Positions 55,639 to 64,000 of a DNA stretch of 64,000 nt are shown piece by piece. The notes below the pieces were generated by a model that saw nothing but the letters and a program-made list of their open reading frames with translations, had not been told where the DNA came from and made no database searches. The DNA is from the human T2T-CHM13v2.0 reference genome, Homo sapiens. The stretch is taken from NCBI GenBank assembly GCA_009914755.4, contig CP086569.2, positions 22,272,001 through 22,336,000 on the forward strand, in the 5' to 3' direction. Numbering within the stretch: position 1 is the stretch's first letter; each line of letters opens with the position of its first letter. Both the position numbers and the translations under genes were made by a program.

Positions 55639-58600
55639 TAAATGATTGGACACAGCCCATACCAGCTACAGTTATACCACCAAACCAAGCTGAATCTGTA
55701 GGAGTAAATCCCTCCACAAATCTTGAAACAGAAATTGTCATACTGTGGACCCAGGCCCATTCTAAAATCAACAATCCCTGCACATACACTCTATTTGATA
55801 GAGTGACACCATTGGCTAAGAATGTTTGTGTAGCAGTAAAACAATAGAGATAGTTTAAAACTAAAATAGTCACATCATAGACCCAGGATCTGTTGCCAGG
55901 AATAAATCCATTAACAGTGGCTGAAACTGGTATAGTCACACTGCAGTACATGGCTGTATCTCTAGTAATGATTCCCAGGAGAGAGGCTTTATCTGATACA
56001 GTCATAATATGGACACAGACAAAACCTCCAGCAATCACTTTCTGGTTACAATCTCTACCTGATGCAGGCAAACTACAGACCCAAATGAAATATCCATCAG
56101 TAAACACTTGGAACGAGGCTGAATTTCAAGCTGTAAATTCCATGATGGAGTCTAAGTCTCCAGTTGTAAATATCTGGACAGATCCTGAATCTCCAGCCCC
56201 AAGTCCTCTGCTATAGGTCGAGACTGATATAGTCATACCATGGACCCAGACTCAATCTTTAGCAGTAAATGCTTGGTCAAAGCCTGTTGCTGATACACTC
56301 ATACTGTATACAGCCTGCAACTCTATCATTAATCTTCTTTTCACAAAGTTTACATGGTACACTGAAAGCTTGTACTGAAACCAAATGTCTATCATTAAAT
56401 ACCTGGACAGAGGCTATAGCTTCCACAGATATACCCTGGACCCAGGCTGAATTTCCAGCAATAAATCCCTGGACAGAGCCTGTTTTTCATACAGCTACAA
56501 TTTGGGCACAGGCTGTATCTGCAACAGTAAAGGCCTGGGCACAGCCTTCATCTAATACAACCAGATTATGGTCCCAATCTGAATCTGCAGCATTAATTGC
56601 ATGGATACTGCCTGTATCTGACACATACATAGGATTGATCCAATTTGAATCTTCAGCAGTAAATCCCTGTATATTGCCTATATCTAATACATTATTATTG
56701 TGGACCCAGCCTGTATCTCTAGCAGTCAATTCGTGGATAGAGGCAATAGTTTCCATAGTCACACCATGGACCAAACCTTTTTTTCTAGCAACAAATCCCT
56801 GGACACATCCTGTATCTGATATAGTTGCACTTTGGACCCAGGCTGAATCTTCTGCAGTCATTACCTCCACACAGCCAGTTTCTGACAAAATTATACTGTG
56901 GCTGCAGGCCCAGTCTCCAGTAGGAATTATCTGGACACAGACTGTATCTGATATACTTATATTATGGAACTACGAGGAATATTCAGCAGAAAACCCAGAG
57001 GCATGGGCTGTAGTTTCCACAGTGTTACCATGGACCTAGCATATCCCTACAGCAGGAAAAACCTGGAAACTACCTGTGTCTGAATCAATCACTCCGTGAT
57101 CCCAGTCTGAGTCTCCAGTAGTAAACACAACCTTTGATCCAAGATAAAAATCAAGAGTCTATTTTATGGACACATCATGAAATTGAATGTATCAGTGAAT
57201 GGACTTTGCCTGAATTTGGAACACTTATATCCTGGATAGTGCCTGGGCCTCCAGCAGCAAAACCATGGTCCCAACCTGAAGCTCTAGTTATAGAACTTTG
57301 TTTAAAACTGGAACAGAAAAAAATAAAACCTTAGGTTCACCAGAATTTCAAACACTGAGCACATTTACTCCCTTTGGACCTGGTAAAATAGAATCCTGGG
57401 CCAAACAGAGAACTACAACTTTAATAACATGGATCCAATCCAAAAGGAATGCCTTCTTCCCATATACACAATCTGAAGTAGGTACAATGAGATCCAAAAC
57501 AATTTCTGAAGCTGTTACAGTAAAATATGGATCCAGACTGAAGCAGGCACAATCCACCCTTGGACTCAAGCTAGAACTAATACAATCAGACCTTTGACTC
57601 ATGCTGAATTTCAAGCAGTCAGACTCTGGACCCTGTCCTTGTCTGATACGCTACTGTATCAGACTGAAATACAGGCAGCAAAATGCTTGACCATGCCTGA
57701 TATTAATATTCTGAGTGCTTGGCTTCAGACCCAAAATTATGTAAGAAGAAATGGTACTCAACCTTACTCTCAAACAGTTACTTACCTGGATGCAGCCATA
57801 ATCCACCCATGGAACCAATCTGAAAAGAATGCAGTCAGACCCTGGACCCCAGTCTGAAGGTGATGTTATCCAACCTTGGATCTATGCTGAAACCAATACT
57901 GTCAGACACTGGACCCATTCTGAAACTGATAAAATAAAACAATGGACTGAGCCTGAATCTCAAGCAAGTAGGACCTGGCCTGAGGCAGGTATGTTGATAT
58001 GTTTGTCCCCAAAACGATGCAGTTTGACCCTGGACCCAACTTGAATCTCAAGCTTCACACTCCTGGACCCAGAATCAAATTAGCATAAATTACTCTTGGA
58101 TTTAGCATGTACCTGCTACAATCAGACCATGGACTTACTCTGGAATTCATCCCTGGACCCACCATGAAACCAATAGAGTGATAAGATACTGGTTCCAGAC
58201 TCAAATAAATTCAACGAGATACTGGAACCAACCTGAAACTGAAGTATTCCAAATTTGGACTGTAAGCCAAGGAATAAAACCCTGTAACATGACTGAAATT
58301 GATACAGTCACATCTTGCTTACAGCCTCAATGTGATACAGTTAAATCCTGAATTCATCCTGAAAGTCAGCCACTTTCTCCCTGGCCCCAGACTGAAGTTG
58401 GTATATTCTGTCCCTGGACTCAGCAAAGAGCTGCTACATATCAAACATGGACCCACCCTGAAACCTAAGCAGTGAGACCCTGGAACAAGCAGGAAACTGA
58501 TATAATCAGATCTTTGTTTTACATTCAGGTGCATAAAGGCAGCTCTTGGCTTATTCAAAATCTCAAATACTCAGTTCTTCGATCCAGCCTGACATTGATA

Positions 58601-58870
58601 TAATTCACAATTTTATTCAGTCTGAAACTTTGGTTCTAAGATTCTGGCCCAAGGTTCTACCTGCAGTAGTCAAACCATGGAACTTGCTTAAAGGAAGAAC
58701 ACTCATATCTTGGATACTGCCTGTAACCCAAGCAGACACACACTGGATCCAGTCTGAAGCTGATATTATTGAATCCTTTGTGGATTTTAAAGGTGGCAAA
58801 GTGAGAACCTGGATCTAGCCTGAAACAAAAATACTAAGACCCAGAACCCATTGTAAGGCTAATATAATTG
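55639..58870. repeat. Satellite array, right part (same 33/66-bp family, increasingly degenerate after ~57100)
   Basis: The unit phase resumes across the provirus: ...gctgaatctccaAAAG | AAAAGtaaatgattggacacagcc reconstitutes one unit. ORFs 56269-57039+ and 55601-56107- are repeat-derived. Confidence 0.8.
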
Positions 58871-60439
58871 CATCATTTTCTCCTCCTGAAATTGAGCTGA
58901 ATGGAGAAACACTATTAATGAGTCATTTTGTCTCCTTGTCTAAACGTGTACCCTTTTTGCCAGTAAAAACTGTCTTTCCCAGATCAGTATTTAATAGCTT
59001 TGTTAACTGAGATAACTGCCACAGAAAGCCAGGATAAAATCAATTCTCTCCAACCAAGCCAGCTTACAAGCATTTGGCTTCCTGGAAGAGTTGTTTACCA
59101 GCACTATGGAAGGAAATTAAAAATTATCAAGATAAAAGAAAGCCCTGACGTCCCAGCTACCTCTCTTGTCTCTCTTTCTTCCTCCTTTTTCTTTCTTCTT
59201 TCTTGTTCTTTTCCATCTCCATGTACACTGTGTTCTTCTTAAGTCTTTTCTTCTTGTACATTCCCTTCATTCTGCATTTTCCCATCTTGCTCAGTTTTTT
59301 CTCCTCTGGTCTCCTCTCCTATTCTTCTTTCCATAGCCTCTTCTACTAATCCTCTTCAGAAAATATCTTCCTCAACATTTACTGAAGAGTCCATTCTTTC
59401 TCAATCTTTTTCATCCTTGCATGCTGCTCCAGCCACACTTTTAATAAAACACCCTCTCCTGATGCCTGGATCTCAGTCTGGACCCAAGCCTGGACAACAA
59501 CCTCTTAGGCATGCAGAATTCAACGTTTCCCTGGATGAGTGTCAACTAGCTGTGATCTGGAAAGAAAGTTTACAGGCTTACTGGCTCTTCAAGACACGTG
59601 TTATTTCTCATGAAACCACAGGCACCTTTAGTCTAGTCATATGTTTGAGTTAATATACTTAGTACGAAGACTCTTGTTGAAGCCTAAAACCAGAGTTTGT
59701 AAGATAAGAGGTTATATTCTCAGACCTTTGCAAAACCAAAATTTATGTTATTATATGAATCAGCAGAGATGTCTAAATATTAACAGAATATTTTATTTTT
59801 GCCAAACAAGATTTATGAACTATGTTTTATGAACACAATTCTATTCAGAGAACAGTATTTTAAAGATAGTCTTACTTCTTAGAAATGTTTTATTATTTCC
59901 ACTTGAGGTATGTACATATAGATACACACTGTTGGATAATAGTATTATATCTTGGATATAAATAATAAGATATATAACATATGTACTTTATTATTTGAAG
60001 GGAAAATATGGAGATAACCTCTGTAGTTTATCTAAAATTGTTGGATGAATAATGTACATTTCCAAATATTTTCTCAGAATTGAAGATACTGAATTTCCAA
60101 GCATATTCCTAAAAACCTAAAATTAGATTTTAGAAATGGGAGACCAGTAACACTAAACTCACTCTATTCCACAGGTTTATTCCTTCTGCAGAGTGTGGGT
60201 TACGCCCTGGCCATGTCCCCCTCTTTCCCAACTGCTGGGAGGCAGAAATTGGTGAATTTCCTTGGATAGTTTCCTGCAACTGTCTTTCTCTCATTTCTGT
60301 GCTGGCTCCATACTAAATGAACAGTGGATCCTTACCACAGCTAGATATGGCAATTTTATGTAAGTCTGAGTAATTCATTTCAAGATTAAGATATCATTAT
60401 AAAGCAATTACAACATTGAGATTGTTAATGAATATCTTT

Positions 60440-60720
60440 CTCTTTGTGTGTCTGTGTCTGTGTGTGAGAGAGAGACAGAGAGAAAGAGAGATGGAGACAG
60501 GGTCTTGCTCTATTGCCCAGGCTGCAGTGCAGTGGCATGATTCACATTAGCCTCAAATTCCCAAGATTAAGGGATTCTCCCACCTCTGCCTCCTCAGTGC
60601 ATGGGACCACAGGCATGCACCACTGATTCTGGCTAATTTTTTTTTCATTTTCTCCAGAAATAAAGTCTTATCATGTTGCCCACCTGGTCTCAAGTGATCC
60701 TCAAAAATAGTTTATAAAGT
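60440..60720 (-). mobile_element. (GT)n/(GA)n microsatellite plus a degenerate Alu
   Basis: gtgtctgtgtctgtgtgtgagagagagacagagagaaagagag then gagacagggtcttgctctattgcccaggctgcagtgcagtggcatgat... Confidence 0.6.
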
Positions 60721-63205
60721 AGTATTTGTACTTTAGTGCTTACCTGGACTTCATCTGATTCACATGATGTACACGGCTTATTCCAATTGAAATGTGGAAA
60801 TAACAAGACTTTTTCTTGACTTTTTCCCCAGAAAAAGCTCAGGAGCACTGGCCCTGGTCCAAATGGGGCTTAGTCATCTTCTGGATTCTGCCTAAGCTTA
60901 GACAGTCAGGATTGACAGTGCCATACCCTACCTAGGTCCCAAGGGACCCCTGGATTGATCTTCCCAAGGCAGCCACAACATTTTCAACCCCTGGTCCTTC
61001 CTATATGCCCAGAGGAAAGTCTGAAATGGAGTAAATTTATACAACTATGTGACTATTAGCTACCTAGTTGGTCCCTTATGAGGGGTGACTAATGAAGAAG
61101 ACAATGGCATGGAAGAGTAGTATGTTGGGAAAAAGAATATTATCCTCTCTTGAATAATAAAAAAAAAATTCTTTCTCTTCACTATGTTTCTCTCTCTAAT
61201 CTAAGCTAAATTTGAAAACAAGCAAACAACCACAAACACCTCTTCTCTGTTTTTCATCAGAAAGTCCTGGAATTCAGCAAAAAAAGCACCCAAGCATTCT
61301 ACAAATCAGCACTTGTGTCCAATTTTGCCCCAAGTTGAATGAATTCACTTTTTGTATGGTGGCCAAGAAAGCTATGTGGGAGGCTGGCTGTAAGGTACAA
61401 ATTCATGGGGTGTGAATACCAGAGAGAAAGAGAAATATCTTGAACAACAAAAGTTACTTCTGGCCCTCCTTCAAAATATTGATTGATATCTTGTCTCTTG
61501 TTTTTTGCAGGGTGACTTGAGAGCACCTTTGGTGTGCCAGCGACAGCAAAAAGACACTTGGGTGCAAGTGGGAATCTTGTCACTTTTAGGAGCATTGCAC
61601 AAAGCCCTATGTCTTCAGCCAAGTGCACCCTTTCCTTTTCTGGCTCCAGGGAGTGACATGGCTTAGCCATGCACCCTGGAACCATCAAGGACACATGACT
61701 ACCTCTGCTTCCATGTCCCTTTCAGTCTCTACCTCTACAAATGCCTTGGCTTTTACCTCCACTGCCAGTGCTTTTCGGCCACACTTCATCTTTCTGCCAC
61801 AGCCTCAGAGTAAGGCTCAAAAACTTGGTAGGAGAAGTAAAGGAAGAAGAGAATGGAAATAGAAAAGAACAGAGGGAACAAGAGTGGAGAGAAAGCTCTT
61901 CCTGAGAAATGCTTTAAAAATTATTTTCCTTATGGCTCACATAGCCATTTCATACTTGATATATGATTCAATTTCCATAGTATCCCTACAGATTACTCTA
62001 TGCTATAGATCAAATAACATGATTATTATAATTATCTTAAATGCGTATTCTGATAGTAGATAAGTACAATGGATTGATCAATTTCTCATGGCAAAAGATG
62101 AATAGGGCTAACATTAAGACACACTCTCCTAATACAAAGACATTTCCTTACTACCACACAGTACCTGACACTTGCAATATAGTTATTTAAAATTAAGTTT
62201 CTTTTAAGTTGAAGATATTATGATGTTTGGAAACAGCATAGTAGTTGATAAGTAATGTGTTTTAGGTGCTAGTGTACTAGACTATATTACAGTGCGACTA
62301 TCAGGTTCCCCCTTCCCTTGGCTATCAGAAAACTTATCATAATATTAGCAATGTCTATTTCACGTTACTGTACTTCACCTATTTCCTTGGAAATTGAGTG
62401 ATCTCTTTTGGTCTCATGTATTAAATGTGCACTAAACTGCAGCTATTTTATAGCTACCACCTATTGCCAAAGCTACAGTAAATAATACTTTAAAACATAA
62501 AGGAAGCCATAATTATTTGCTTACATCCTCCAAAGTCTAATTCAAAGACAGCTACACTTAAGATCTTAGTTATACTTCTAATTTCATCTATACTTCCTTA
62601 CCCCTTCTATAGAGAGGTCATCTTCACCATTTTTATCTCTCTCTATATATATTAATGAGCATTGCTTCAACTCAGTTTTCTGAGGAATTCTAAAATAATT
62701 TTAAAAATATGAGCTCTTTCCTGAACCTCAAACTTGAATTTTCTATTTAAACTATTGGTTTGATATCTCACTAAGATTATAAGTTTAGGAAGATAAGCCC
62801 CCTCCAATTTAGAGACAGCTGCCTTATCTCCAAATTTTTCCTTATCTATCTAATATCTTCAAATCATTGTATTTTTTGTTGCCTACTTGCTTCAATGACT
62901 TCTAAGTAGCTAAAATCATAGATACACAAATATTGCAGTGGGAGAGAAAGCTGGAATGGCTCCCAATATTTTGATTAAAGAAATTTAAGCTAGGACATAA
63001 AGAAACTATGACCTTGGAAAGATAATAACAGGAATACTTTTTTTCAAGGAAAATGCATAAACACAATAGAGGTAGAACTTTGTCTTTGCTAGTCGTATTT
63101 AACAATGCTGACTCAGCAGAAATAGGAGGGATTTAAAACTTTAAAAATCATCTACAGTTGGCAATTCTATTCAATCAGCACAATTAGGCTTATTTTTCTC
63201 CTCAG

Positions 63206-63341
63206 CTTTGGCAGATCAGATTGCTCTGCAATATGCTATGCCTTGGCAAGCTGTGATCAACAGCCATGGAAGTGATTTCTGCTGTGGTTCCGTGGTTAGC
63301 CACTGTTGGATTCTCACAGCTGCCCACTGTGTCAGGAACAT
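63206..63341 (+). pseudogene. Trypsin-like (S1) serine-protease exon carrying the catalytic His motif (LADQIALQYAMPWQAVINSHGSDFCCGSVVSHCWILTAAHCVRNM; acceptor ctcctcag, donor AACAT|GTAAGT)
   Basis: The PWQ...FCGGS...W(I/V)LTAAHC signature appears in a single frame and is bracketed by good splice sites. Confidence 0.65.
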
Positions 63342-63707
63342 GTAAGTTTGTGCCTGCCTCTTCCCATACCCTATAATTCATTATCCCATAAATACATTGC
63401 TGAAGGTTTCTCTGTCCAAATTCACTTCTATCATGTATGACCATCTGGCATATACAGATAACATTTTTGGTTTAGGCTAAAAATAAATTGTCTCACTGTG
63501 TTTGGCTTACTAGTACCTCTGTTAATTAATTCCTCTCCTAATCCCATTGTCTGTGGGCTCTTTATTCATAGATTTCTGATTTCTCTGAAGATGAGCTAGG
63601 TACCTTGTGTATCATGACTCAAGAAATATGCTGGAAAGCCTGATGTAGGCTTAAGGTTCTGGTTTTCTAATGAATGTACTATAATAAATTTTTGCCTGTG
63701 CACACAG

Positions 63708-63955
63708 GAATCCTGAAAACACTGCTGTGATTCTGGGCCTGAGGCACACTGGCACACCACTGAGAATTGTGAAGGTGTCTATCATGCTATTTCATGAGAG
63801 ATTCCAGTTGTTGAGTAGGGTAGAAAGAAATGATCAGGCTTTGCTACTCCTCCAAGATGTCTAGACTCCCATTCGGCTCTTAGCACAGTTGGGCTATCTG
63901 AAAAACCTGAATAATTCAGAATGCTGGCTGTCTGGGCCTCAAATTATTATACCAG
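63708..63955 (+). pseudogene. Trypsin-like serine-protease exon carrying the catalytic Asp motif, with an in-frame TAG at 63860-63862 (NPENTAVILGLRHTGTPLRIVKVSIMLFHERFQLLSRVERNDQALLLLQDV*TPIRLLAQLGYLKNLNNSECWLSGPQIIIP; donor CCAG|GTCAGC)
   Basis: The frame is continuous with the exon at 63206-63341 (AT|G). NDQALLLL corresponds to the NDIALLKL catalytic-Asp block and SECWLSG to CWVTGWG. A premature stop sits mid-exon. Confidence 0.6.
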
Positions 63956-64000
63956 GTCAGCAGTTACTTTTCATATTAGGGTAGCAGCTCTAAAAAAGTG

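Noticed and set aside
61299-61694. 131-codon minus-strand ORF and neighbouring plus-strand ORFs (61212-61415, 61623-61862)
   Set aside because: I found no recognisable domains and they are not co-linear with the protease exons downstream. I treat them as chance ORFs.

Overview
This 64 kb window is primate, almost certainly human, genomic DNA dominated by interspersed repeats. No intact protein-coding gene is supported. The recognisable gene-derived sequences are all pseudogenes or fragments. RBMY-family and TSPY-family remnants occur together, which points to a male-specific Y-chromosome ampliconic, pseudogene-rich region. I cannot verify this without a database search, and family identities are based on recalled consensus and protein sequences.

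RBMY-family fragments (minus strand):
- Fragment A carries only the start-codon exon and the RRM exon 2 (4195-4847).
- Fragment B carries exon 3 (SLHGKAIK...), the DDGGYTPD exon, one SRGY-box exon, the penultimate exon and the C-terminal exon (34088-40508).
- B has no 5' exons nearby and A has no 3' exons, so the two look like a gene whose halves have been swapped.

Other main elements:
- A TSPY-like pseudogene on the plus strand (8653-~9900) behind a CCAAT/GC-box CpG promoter. It has a frameshift and a large internal deletion, and an HERV9 LTR12 (~10150-11775) follows immediately.
- A ~7 kb satellite with a 33-bp unit and a 66-bp dimer (45520-58870), open in frames on both strands.
- A deleted HERV-K-type provirus inserted into that satellite (49495-55633; tRNA-Lys-like PBS, 5-bp TSD AAAAG). 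It carries a nested AluY with an 11-bp TSD inside env.
- A trypsin-like (S1) serine-protease pseudogene at the 3' edge (63206-63955) with an in-frame TAG inside the catalytic-Asp exon.

Structural oddities:
- A ~1.8 kb segmental duplication (1-1814 vs 35231-37047).
- An L1PA element bracketed by ~600-bp, ~88 %-identical direct repeats.
- An Alu interrupted by an inverted ~130-bp LTR-derived filler.
- Two copies each of a 1.5-kb LTR-like element and of a 150-bp unknown repeat.

There are no prokaryotic-style systems, CRISPR arrays or RNA genes.
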